Shown: in pieces, positions 1-7,137 of the stretch
Layout: every line of letters starts with the position of its first letter
How positions within the stretch are numbered: position 1 is the first letter of the stretch
Source of the DNA: a virus
Lineage: Duplodnaviria; Heunggongvirae; Uroviricota; Caudoviricetes
DNA length: 9,009 nt
Reading direction: 5' to 3' (one strand)
IMG/VR virus record: IMGVR_UViG_2671181189_000003
The notes under the pieces: generated by a model
Seen by the model: the letters and a program-made list of their open reading frames with translations, nothing else
What the model was told of the DNA's origin: nothing
Databases searched by the model: none
Position numbers and translations under genes: made by a program

Positions 1-187
1 ACGTTTAACTCTCAAGCCTCGAGCCAAGCCTGTTTCAGAAGCCCCGTTACCTGATGAACCCATTCAGGGACATGCTGTTGCTGCAAATATCTCTGCGATT
101 GAAAAGCAGATGGAGGCGGCAGCAAACAAAGGGGATGTAGAGACGTACCGCAAGCTCAAGGCGCAACTGAATAAAGGAATTCGATAA
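1..187 (+). CDS. Scaffolding protein, C-terminal fragment (P22 gp8-like coat-binding domain); 5' end lies upstream of the window
   Basis: Frame 2 is open from base 2 to TAA at 185-187 and translates to [61 protein letters not shown]. The stop overlaps the coat ATG (TAATG), as expected for the scaffold-coat pair. Resemblance to the P22 scaffolding C-terminus is from memory. Confidence 0.75.
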   Translation, partial: RLTLKPRAKPVSEAPLPDEPIQGHAVAANISAIEKQMEAAANKGDVETYRKLKAQLNKGIR

Positions 188-1479
188 TGGCATTAAATGA
201 AGGTCAACTGGTCACGTATGCTCTGGATGAAATCATCGGAACCGTCCAGAACCTGACGCCAATGGCGTCAAAAGTGACAAAATACCCCCCTCCGGCAGAA
301 TCCATGCAGCGTTCAAGCAACACCGTGTGGATGCCTGTTGAGCAGGAAGCGCCAACCCAGACTGGCTGGGATTTAACTGGCAACGCAACCGGGATTCTGG
401 AACTCTCCGTGAAGTGCAACATGGGCGATCCGGATAACGATTTCTTCGAGCTTCGTGCAGATGACCTGCGTGATGAGCGTTCTTACCGTCGCCGCATCCA
501 GGCATCCGCCAGAAAACTGGCGAATAACATTGAGTCAGCGATTGCCAAACAGGCAACTGAAATGGGCTCGCTTGTTGTTCACGATACCCGCGCAATTGGT
601 CCATCGACTGGCCTGCCTGGCTGGGATTTTGTGTCTGATGCAGAGCGACTGATGTTCTCCCGTGAGCTAAACCGCGACATGGGCATCAGTTACTTCCTGA
701 ACCCTGACGATTACCGCAAAGCAGGCCGCAACCTGGTAGATGGTGACATCTTCGGGCGCGTTCCTGAAGAAGCATATCGAAACGGTACTATTCAGCGTCA
801 GATTGCTGGCTTTGATGAAATTCTTCGCTCACCGAAACTTCCGGCAGTTACCAAGTCAACCGCGACTGGTGTAACTGTTTCTGGTGCGCAGAAGTTTAAG
901 CCGCAGGCATACACCCTTGATACCGATGGTAACAAAGAGAACGTCGACAACCGTGTTGCAACGGTGACCGTATCCTCCACCACCGGATTTAAGCGCGGCG
1001 ACAAAATCAGCTTCATTGGTGTGAAGTTCCTGTCTCAGATGGCGAAGAATGTGCTGACTGATGACGCGACTTTCTCAATCACCCGTGTGATCGATGGTAC
1101 TCACATCGAAATCACGCCGAAGCCGATTGCGCTGGATGACGCGTCACTGACAAAAGAAGAGAAGGCTTACGCTAACGTAAACACCTCTCTTGCTGATACC
1201 ACTCCGGTAAACGTTCTGAACGTGGCAACAACCACCGCTAACGTGTTCTGGGCTGATGACTCAATCCGCCTGCTGTCTCAGCCGATCCCGGTAACCCATG
1301 AACTGTTTGCTGGCATGAAAACGTCTTCCTTCAGCATTCCAGGTATTGGTGTTAACGGCATCTTCGCAACGCAGGGTGATATCAACACTCTGTCTGGTAA
1401 GTGCCGTATTGCTGTGNNNNNNNNNNNNNNNNNNNNNNNNNNNNNNNNNNNNNNNNNNNNNNNNNNNNNNNNNNNNNNN
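187..1479 (+). CDS. Major capsid (coat) protein, P22 gp5-like; 3' end hidden in N-run, end coordinate estimated
   Basis: ATG at 187; 410 unmasked residues beginning [30 protein letters not shown] and ending [37 protein letters not shown], which I recognise as strongly similar to the P22 coat protein. P22 gp5 is about 430 aa, so the stop should fall about 20 codons into the N-run (near 1479). The terminator, RBS and ATG at 1544-1582 argue against the 485-aa read-through shown in the ORF track. Confidence 0.9.
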
Positions 1480-1528
1480 NNNNNNNNNNNNNNNNNNNNN
1501 NNNNNNNNNNNNNNNNNNNNNNNNNNNN
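1417..1528. other. Masked/undetermined sequence (112 N) covering the coat gene 3' end
   Basis: Run of n characters seen directly in the sequence. Confidence 1.
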
Positions 1529-1543
1529 CGCGTGATAACCAGA

Positions 1544-1567
1544 GGGAGCTTCGGCTCCCGTTTTTAT
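1544..1567 (+). terminator. Candidate rho-independent terminator or RNA-stabilising 3' hairpin downstream of the coat gene
   Basis: GGGAGC (1544-1549), TTCG loop (1550-1553), GCTCCC (1554-1559), then G and TTTTTAT (1561-1567): a perfect 6-bp GC-rich stem with a UUCG-type tetraloop followed by a U-tract. It lies between the coat gene and the next RBS/ATG. Confidence 0.6.
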
Positions 1568-1579
1568 CTGGAGACAAGC

Positions 1580-1810
1580 ATGACACACATGATCTTTCGT
1601 CATGGCGACATGAAGAAGTGGAAAGGCGTTGGCTACGACTTTGAAATCGTGAAAGCCGAAGAGCTTCAGGAATATCTGGATGCTGGCTGGTTTTCACATC
1701 CTGATGACCTTTTGAAGGATGTTGCAGAGCCAGAGCCAGAAGAAAAACAGCGTAAAAAGCCTGGTCGAAAACCTAAGGCGGCAGCAGATGAACCTGACAA
1801 CGAAGGGTGA
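1580..1810 (+). CDS. Small hypothetical protein (76 aa) between the coat and gp4-like genes; acidic core with a basic Pro/Lys-rich C-terminal tail
   Basis: ATG at 1580 preceded by GGAGA (1570-1574); translates to [76 protein letters not shown]. Its last 23 nt overlap the gp4-like start in another frame. I believe P22-like genomes carry a small gene at this position, but that is not verified. The ORF is open upstream into the N-run, so the true start could be earlier. Confidence 0.5.
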   Translation: MTHMIFRHGDMKKWKGVGYDFEIVKAEELQEYLDAGWFSHPDDLLKDVAEPEPEEKQRKKPGRKPKAAADEPDNEG

Positions 1811-2288
1811 TTTAGTTCTTGCGGCATTACGTAAGCTCGGTGTTGCATCAAATGCCACGTTAACCGATGTCGAACCGCAGTCTATGGAAGACGGCGTCAA
1901 CGACCTTGAAATGATGATGGCTGAATGGCTTGGCGGTGATGCGTCACCTGGTATCAACGTTGGCTACATTTTTGCTGATGCAGATGTTGCTCCGGATCCG
2001 GGCGATGAGCACGGTTTATCAAATAACGCTATCAATGCCGTCATTTTCAACCTTGCCTGCCGAATTGCTCCAGATTATGCGCTGGAAGCGTCTGCAAAAC
2101 TTATAACCACTGCCAGATACGGGAAAGAGCGACTCGTCAAACTGTCTGCAATGGACAGGGCAAAAGCAGCTAAATGTAAGTCCGGTTATCCAAACCGTAT
2201 GCCTGTTGGTAGTGGTAACCAGTTGGCGAAGTGGAATGGTTGGAATTACTTCCACCGAAAGGAACCTTGCGATAACGGGAGCGAATAA
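1788..2288 (+). CDS. Head-tail adaptor / portal-closure protein, P22 gp4-like (166 aa)
   Basis: Internal ATG at 1788 gives [50 protein letters not shown]..., which matches my recollection of the P22 gp4 N-terminus and its ~166-aa length. The stop TAA at 2286-2288 overlaps the next ATG (TAATG). The ORF-track start at 1719 would lie wholly inside the preceding small ORF. Confidence 0.85.
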   Translation: MNLTTKGDLVLAALRKLGVASNATLTDVEPQSMEDGVNDLEMMMAEWLGGDASPGINVGYIFADADVAPDPGDEHGLSNNAINAVIFNLACRIAPDYALEASAKLITTARYGKERLVKLSAMDRAKAAKCKSGYPNRMPVGSGNQLAKWNGWNYFHRKEPCDNGSE

Positions 2289-3745
2289 TGCCTATTCAGC
2301 AACTTCCGCTTATGAAAGGTGTCGGCAAAGACTTCCGAAACGCCGACTATATCGACTATCTGCCAGTGAATATGCTGGCTACACCCAAAGAAATCCTGAA
2401 CAGCAGCGGATATCTTCGCTCATTCCCGGGCATTGCCAAACGTTCTGACGTGAACGGTGTATCTCGCGGCGTCGAGTACAACATGGCGCAGAATGCTGTT
2501 TATCGCGTGTGTGGCGGCAAGCTGTACAAAGGAGAAAGTGAAGTCGGTGATGTTGCCGGAAGTGGTCGTGTATCAATGGCGCATGGTCGGACATCACAGG
2601 CGGTAGGCGTTAATGGTCAACTGGTCGAGTATCGCTATGATGGCACGGTCAAAACCGTCTCAAACTGGCCTACAGACAGTGGATTCACTCAGTATGAGTT
2701 AGGTTCAGTTCGCGACATTACGCGCTTACGTGGGCGTTATGCGTGGTCAAAAGACGGAACTGATTCATGGTTTATCACTGACCTTGAAGACGAATCTCAT
2801 CCTGACCGTTACAGCGCACAATATCGTGCCGAGTCTCAGCCTGACGGCATCATCGGTATCGGGACATGGCGAGACTTCATCGTCTGCTTTGGTTCATCGA
2901 CTATTGAATATTTCTCCCTGACTGGCGCAACCACCGTTGGTGCCGCTTTGTATGTTGCACAACCATCGCTGATGGTGCAGAAAGGCATTGCCGGAACTTA
3001 CTGCAAAACGCCATTCGCTGATTCGTATGCGTTTATCAGCAATCCGGCAACGGGTGCGCCGTCTGTGTATATCATCGACTCCGGTCAGGTGTCACCAATT
3101 GCCAGCGCGAGCATTGAGAAAATCCTCCGCTCCTACACTGCTGATGAACTGGCTGATGGTGTGATGGAATCGCTGCGATTTGATGCTCATGAGTTGCTGA
3201 TTATCCACCTTCCGCGTCACGTCCTCGTGTACGACGCATCTTCAATCGCCAATGGCCCACAATGGTGTGTGCTGAAAACAGGTCTGTATGACGATGTGTA
3301 CCGCGCTATCGACTTCGTTTACGAAGGCAATCAGATAACGTGCGGCGATAAGCTGGAATCTGTTACCGGGAAACTGCAATTCGATATCAGCAGCCAGTAC
3401 GACAAGCAACAGGAACACCTGCTGTTTACTCCACTCTTCAAAGCGGATAACGCCAGAGTGTTCGACCTTGAGGTTGAATCGTCAACTGGCGTTGCGCAGT
3501 ACGCCGACCGCCTTTTTCTCTCTGCAACCACTGACTGCATCAATTACGGGCGTGAGCAGATGATTGAGCAGAATGAACCGTTCGTTTACGACAAGCGTGT
3601 TTTGTGGANNNNNNNNNNNNNNNNNNNNNNNNNNNNNNNNNNNNNNNNNNNNNNNNNNNNNNNNNNNNNNNNNNNNNNNNNNNNNNNNNNNNNNNNNNNN
3701 NNNNNNNNNNNNNNNNNNNNNNNNNNNNGCTCAGATAAGGATTGA
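2288..3745 (+). CDS. Tail hub / tail accessory factor, P22 gp10-like; 3' portion masked, end uncertain (about 3706 to 3745)
   Basis: ATG at 2288 overlapping the gp4-like stop; 440 unmasked residues [61 protein letters not shown]... consistent with P22 gp10 (about 472 aa) by sequence memory and synteny. If the N-run length is faithful and holds no stop, the frame ends at TGA 3743-3745, 4 nt before the tail-needle ATG. Confidence 0.8.
   Translation: MPIQQLPLMKGVGKDFRNADYIDYLPVNMLATPKEILNSSGYLRSFPGIAKRSDVNGVSRGVEYNMAQNAVYRVCGGKLYKGESEVGDVAGSGRVSMAHGRTSQAVGVNGQLVEYRYDGTVKTVSNWPTDSGFTQYELGSVRDITRLRGRYAWSKDGTDSWFITDLEDESHPDRYSAQYRAESQPDGIIGIGTWRDFIVCFGSSTIEYFSLTGATTVGAALYVAQPSLMVQKGIAGTYCKTPFADSYAFISNPATGAPSVYIIDSGQVSPIASASIEKILRSYTADELADGVMESLRFDAHELLIIHLPRHVLVYDASSIANGPQWCVLKTGLYDDVYRAIDFVYEGNQITCGDKLESVTGKLQFDISSQYDKQQEHLLFTPLFKADNARVFDLEVESSTGVAQYADRLFLSATTDCINYGREQMIEQNEPFVYDKRVLWXXXXXXXXXXXXXXXXXXXXXXXXXXXXXXXXXXXXXXXXXSDKD
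3610..3728. other. Masked/undetermined sequence (119 N) covering the gp10-like 3' end
   Basis: Run of n characters seen directly in the sequence. Confidence 1.
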
Positions 3746-3748
3746 GTA

Positions 3749-4597
3749 ATGGCTGATTCGAATCTCAATGTGCCGGTAATCATCCAAGCTACGCGGCTCG
3801 ATACATCAGTCCTTCCACGCAATATCTTCTCGCAGTCGTATCTGCTTTACGTTATCGCACAGGGCACTGATGTTGGTAACGTGGCTAACAAAGCCAACGA
3901 GGCCGGACAGGGCGCTTATGATGCACAGGTCAGGAACGATGAGCAGGATGTGATTCTCGCTGACCATGAGCAGCGAATTTCTGCTGCGGAAGCAACGCTT
4001 GTTAATCATGAGGAGCGAATCAGACAGGCAGAATCAACTCTTCAGGACCATGAAACACGAATAGCTCAGAATGAAAGCGATATTTCGTCGCTTGACACAA
4101 GAGTTCAGTCGCTGGAGTCGCAGGTTTCAGACCATGAAACGCGCATCGATGCTCTGGAGTATGCAACCACACGCAAGAAGTCAGAGGTTGTTTACTCTGG
4201 TGTATCTGTAACCATCCCGACAGCGCCGACCAACCTTGTTAGCCTGCTGAAAACGCTCACACCGTCATCCGGCTCGTTGGCACCATTCTTCGACACCGTT
4301 AACAACAAGATGGTTGTGTTCAACGAGAACAAAACCCTGCTCTTCAAGTTGTCGATTGTCGGCACGTGGCCCAGCGGAACCGCCAACAGGTCAATGCAGC
4401 TAACCTTTTCCGGCTCTGTTCCTGACACACTGGTCAGCAGTCGTAATGCGGCGACAACAACCGACAACATCCTGTTAGCTACGTTCTTCAGCGTGGATAA
4501 AGACGGCTTTCTTGCCACAAATGGCAGTACGTTAACCATTCAGTCGAATGGTGCGGCGTTTACTGCCACAACCATCAAGATAATCGCGGAGCAGTGA
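3749..4597 (+). CDS. Tail needle protein (P22 gp26-like N-terminus and trimeric coiled coil, with a longer C-terminal domain resembling the Sf6-type knob), 282 aa
   Basis: RBS AAGG at 3737-3740 and ATG at 3749. The N-terminus [43 protein letters not shown] matches the conserved gp26 N-terminal domain from memory. It is followed by 14-residue periodic repeats ([13 protein letters not shown] / [13 protein letters not shown] / [13 protein letters not shown] / [12 protein letters not shown]) and a roughly 140-aa Ser/Thr/Asn-rich C-terminal domain absent from the 233-aa P22 protein. Stop TGA at 4595-4597. Confidence 0.9.
   Translation: MADSNLNVPVIIQATRLDTSVLPRNIFSQSYLLYVIAQGTDVGNVANKANEAGQGAYDAQVRNDEQDVILADHEQRISAAEATLVNHEERIRQAESTLQDHETRIAQNESDISSLDTRVQSLESQVSDHETRIDALEYATTRKKSEVVYSGVSVTIPTAPTNLVSLLKTLTPSSGSLAPFFDTVNNKMVVFNENKTLLFKLSIVGTWPSGTANRSMQLTFSGSVPDTLVSSRNAATTTDNILLATFFSVDKDGFLATNGSTLTIQSNGAAFTATTIKIIAEQ
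3959..4165 (+). repeat. In-frame 42-nt (14-aa) periodic repeats encoding the tail-needle coiled-coil shaft
   Basis: The motif D/N-H-E-x-R-I starts at residues 72, 86, 100 and 128, with a degenerate copy at about 114 ([10 protein letters not shown]). The nucleotide copies are diverged but recognisable (gaccatgagcagcgaat / aatcatgaggagcgaat / gaccatgaaacacgaat / gaccatgaaacgcgcat). Confidence 0.7.
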
Positions 4598-5052
4598 TGA
4601 TTACATTCAAACCAACGCGAAACATCGACCTGATAGAAGCAGTCGGAAATCACCCTGACATTATCGCCGGGAGCAACAACGGTGATGGATACGACTACAA
4701 ACCTGAATGCCGTTACTTTGAGGTGAACGTGCACGGTCAGTTTGGCGGCATTGTTTACTATCAGGAGATTCAGCCGCTGACATTAGATTGCCACGCCATG
4801 TACCTGCCAGAGATTCGCGGCTTCAGCAAGGAAATTGGGCTGGCGTTCTGGCGATACATTCTGACTAACACCACCGTTCAGTGCGTAACATCGTTCGCTG
4901 CACGCAAATTCCGACACGGTCAGATGTACTGCGCAATGATTGGCCTTAAGCGTGTAGGAACCATCAAGAAATACTTCAAAGGCGTGGATGACGTGACTTT
5001 TTACAGCGCCACACGCGAAGAACTAATCGACTTCCTGAATCACGGGAGATAG
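4597..5052 (+). CDS. Virion assembly/ejection accessory protein in the P22 gp14 position (151 aa)
   Basis: ATG at 4597 overlaps the tail-needle stop (TGATG); an in-frame GTG at 4594 is an alternative start. Translation [51 protein letters not shown]... Assignment is by synteny between the tail needle and the ejection proteins; I do not recognise the sequence itself. Confidence 0.6.
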   Translation: MITFKPTRNIDLIEAVGNHPDIIAGSNNGDGYDYKPECRYFEVNVHGQFGGIVYYQEIQPLTLDCHAMYLPEIRGFSKEIGLAFWRYILTNTTVQCVTSFAARKFRHGQMYCAMIGLKRVGTIKKYFKGVDDVTFYSATREELIDFLNHGR

Positions 5053-5054
5053 CC

Positions 5055-5796
5055 ATGTTATATGCATTTAAGCTGGGCAGAAAACTGCGCGGCGAGGAAC
5101 CTTATTGCCCTGAAAAAGGCGGGAAAGGTGGCAGTTCTGATAAAAGCGCAAAGTATGCAGCAGAAGCCCAGAAGTATGCTGCAGACCTGCAAAATCAGCA
5201 GTGGCAGACGATCATGAAAAACCTTGCTCCGTTCACGCCTCTTGCGGAGCAGNNNNNNNNNNNNNNNNNNNNNNNNNNNNNNNNNNNNNNNNNNNNNNNN
5301 NNNNNNNNNNNNNCTTCAGAACCTTTCCAGTTTAGAAGGTCAGGGGCAGGCACTTAATCAGTATTACAACTCTAAGCAGTATAAAGACCTTGCAGGGCAG
5401 GCGCGTTACCAGAGTCTTGCTGCTGCGGAGGCGACGGGTGGACTTGGTTCGACAGCCACAAGCAATCAACTGGCTACGATCGCGCCGACACTCGGTCAGT
5501 CTTGGTTATCAAATCAGATGAGCAATTACAACAATCTGGCAAACGTTGGGCTTGGTGCGCTGCAAGGTCAGGCAAACGCCGGGCAGACGTACGCCAACAA
5601 CATGAGCAGCATTGCACAGCAAAGCGCAGCTCTTGCCGCTGCTAATGCCAATAAACCATCAAGTCTTCAGACTGCAATTAGCGGTGGCACGTCTGGTGCG
5701 ATTGCCGGTGCAGGTCTTGCCAGCCTTTTGGGAACATCAACGCCTTGGGGCGCTGGTATTGGTGCTGGTATCGGATTGCTTGGCTCGTTGTTTTAA
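5055..5796 (+). CDS. Ejection (E) protein, P22 gp7-position; interrupted by N-run, with upstream and downstream parts in different frames as given
   Basis: RBS GGGAG at 5044-5048 and ATG at 5055, giving MLYAFKLGRKLRGEEPYCPEKGGKGGSSDKSAKYAAEAQKYAADLQNQQWQTIMKNLAPFTPLAEQ, then the N-run. Downstream, an ORF open from 5314 to TAA 5794-5796 is Gln/Asn/Ala/Gly-rich and ends in the hydrophobic Gly-rich tail GAIAGAGLASLLGTSTPWGAGIGAGIGLLGSLF. Combined length is about 246 aa, against about 229 aa for P22 gp7. The 61-nt mask leaves the halves offset by +1. Confidence 0.65.
5253..5313. other. Masked/undetermined sequence (61 N) inside the gp7-like gene
   Basis: Run of n characters seen directly in the sequence. 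Confidence 1.
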
Positions 5797-5805
5797 GGGG
5801 GAATC

Positions 5806-7137
5806 ATGGCTACTTGGCAAGGAACAAACGGCGGATTGTTGGCTGGTATCGGCGGCGTCAACTCAAACGCTCCGAGCGTAAATGACATCGGCAATACGCT
5901 TCAGCTTATCAGGCAGAACAATGATATTGAGCGTTCAGGCGCTAACAATGTTGGGCTGACTGCTTTGCAAGGTCTTTCAGGTATTGCGGGTGTTTTTCAG
6001 CAGGAAAAGCAGGCTCAGCGGCAGAAAGAATTTCAGCAGGCGTACGCTAATGCTTATGCGTCTGGTGATCGCGGTGCTTTGCGTCAGTTGGCTACTCAAT
6101 ATCCAGACCAGATTGAATCCGTTCGTAAAGGCATGGGATTCATTGATGAAGAGCAGCGTAATTCTATCGGCACCTTAGCGGCTGGCGCACGCCTTGCGTC
6201 ATCGTCTCCAGAAGCAATGCAATCATGGCTGCAAAACAACGCCGGTGAGTTAGCTCGTGTTGGCGTTAATCCTCATGACGTCGCTCAGATGTACCAACAG
6301 AACCCGCGGCAGTTCGGCGAATTTGTCGATCACCTGGGGATGAACAGTCTCGGGCCCGAAAAATACTTTGACCTACAGGATAAAATGCAGGGTCGCCAGG
6401 TTACCATGCGCGGTCAGGATCTGGATTCGCAAACCGCCGCTCGGAATCAGGCAATCACAATGCGCGGACAAGATATCCAGGCGAATTTAGGTCAGCAGCG
6501 CATTAATCTGGACGCAGAAACAAACCGCATTAACAACGAAAATAAGCGCCTTGACCGGATGCTATCAGCAGAAACTAACGACCTGAAGCGCCAGGAAATA
6601 CAGAGCCGCATAGCAGCCAACAACCAGCAGTTGCAGCAGAAGCAGCAAGCGCTAAATGATGGCTACAAAGACGGCATCAACACCCTCACAACCAGCATGT
6701 TCACTCTGAACGATATCGTTAGTTCTCCTTCACTTAAGAGCATTACAGGCTTACGTGGAGTAATCCCCAACGTTCCAGGCTCACAGGCTGCAGACACTCA
6801 GGCACGACTTGATACCTTTAAATCACAAGCATACCTGACAGCGGTTCAGGCCATGCGAGGCATGGGCGCACTTTCTGATGCCGAGGGCAAAAAGCTCGAC
6901 CAGGCTGTTGGTTCGCTGCAGAACTCGCAGAGCGAGGAGTCCTTTCGTCGCAACGCTGGCGTCATCCTGAACACGCTCAACCAGAAGCGTAATGAGGCGG
7001 TTGGTAAGTACGTTCAGCAAAACGGTATCAAGCGAGTGGAAGCGCCTCAGGCTTCTATAGATTACCTGAAGCAGCACCCCGAGCTGTCAATCGACTTCAT
7101 TAATCGCTACGGATATCTTCCATCTTTGGGGCAGTAA
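5806..7137 (+). CDS. Ejection (E) protein, P22 gp20-position (443 aa)
   Basis: Strong RBS AAGGGGG at 5795-5801 and ATG at 5806. Gly-rich N-terminus (MATWQGTNGGLLAGIGGVNS), a long Gln/Asn/Arg-rich predicted helical region and an internal TMRGQD repeat. Stop TAA at 7135-7137 sits directly against the next ATG. Assignment is by synteny and composition. Confidence 0.7.
   Translation: MATWQGTNGGLLAGIGGVNSNAPSVNDIGNTLQLIRQNNDIERSGANNVGLTALQGLSGIAGVFQQEKQAQRQKEFQQAYANAYASGDRGALRQLATQYPDQIESVRKGMGFIDEEQRNSIGTLAAGARLASSSPEAMQSWLQNNAGELARVGVNPHDVAQMYQQNPRQFGEFVDHLGMNSLGPEKYFDLQDKMQGRQVTMRGQDLDSQTAARNQAITMRGQDIQANLGQQRINLDAETNRINNENKRLDRMLSAETNDLKRQEIQSRIAANNQQLQQKQQALNDGYKDGINTLTTSMFTLNDIVSSPSLKSITGLRGVIPNVPGSQAADTQARLDTFKSQAYLTAVQAMRGMGALSDAEGKKLDQAVGSLQNSQSEESFRRNAGVILNTLNQKRNEAVGKYVQQNGIKRVEAPQASIDYLKQHPELSIDFINRYGYLPSLGQ

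Noticed and set aside
233-604. Minus-strand ORF of 123 aa (plus 204-422 and 798-1016, both minus) inside the coat gene
   Set aside because: Antisense to a high-confidence conserved CDS, with low-complexity Arg/Cys/Pro-rich translation and no convincing RBS; typical spurious antisense ORFs.
187-1644. ORF-track 485-aa read-through of the coat gene across the N-run
   Set aside because: The N-run is translated as X. Coat proteins of this family are about 430 aa, and the post-mask segment contains a terminator hairpin plus the RBS and ATG of the next gene, and does not resemble a coat C-terminus. The coat stop almost certainly lies inside the mask.
1278-1697. Minus-strand ORFs spanning the first N-run (1278-1697, 1382-1603)
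   Set aside because: Their length comes mainly from N translated as X, and they are antisense to the coat end and the small ORF.
1719-2288. Longer 189-aa version of the gp4-like ORF starting at 1719 (MLQSQSQKK...)
   Set aside because: The upstream extension is the small ORF 1580-1810 read in another frame. The homologous N-terminus starts at the internal ATG 1788 ([10 protein letters not shown]...), giving the expected ~166 aa.
4192-4539. Minus-strand 115-aa ORF within the tail-needle gene
   Set aside because: Fully embedded antisense to the knob-domain coding region; no independent start signals.
4594-4596. GTG at 4594 as start of the gp14-like gene (ORF track begins MM)
   Set aside because: The ATG at 4597 overlaps the tail-needle stop in the canonical TGATG coupling arrangement; GTG at 4594 remains possible but is less likely.
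5612-5881. Plus-strand alternative-frame ORF (89 aa) spanning the gp7/gp20 junction (also 5984-6178, 2206-2448, 2730-2921, 455-652)
   Set aside because: Out-of-frame overlaps with well-supported genes, low-complexity Leu/Arg/Val-rich products and no RBS; they fit chance ORFs in GC-balanced coding sequence.
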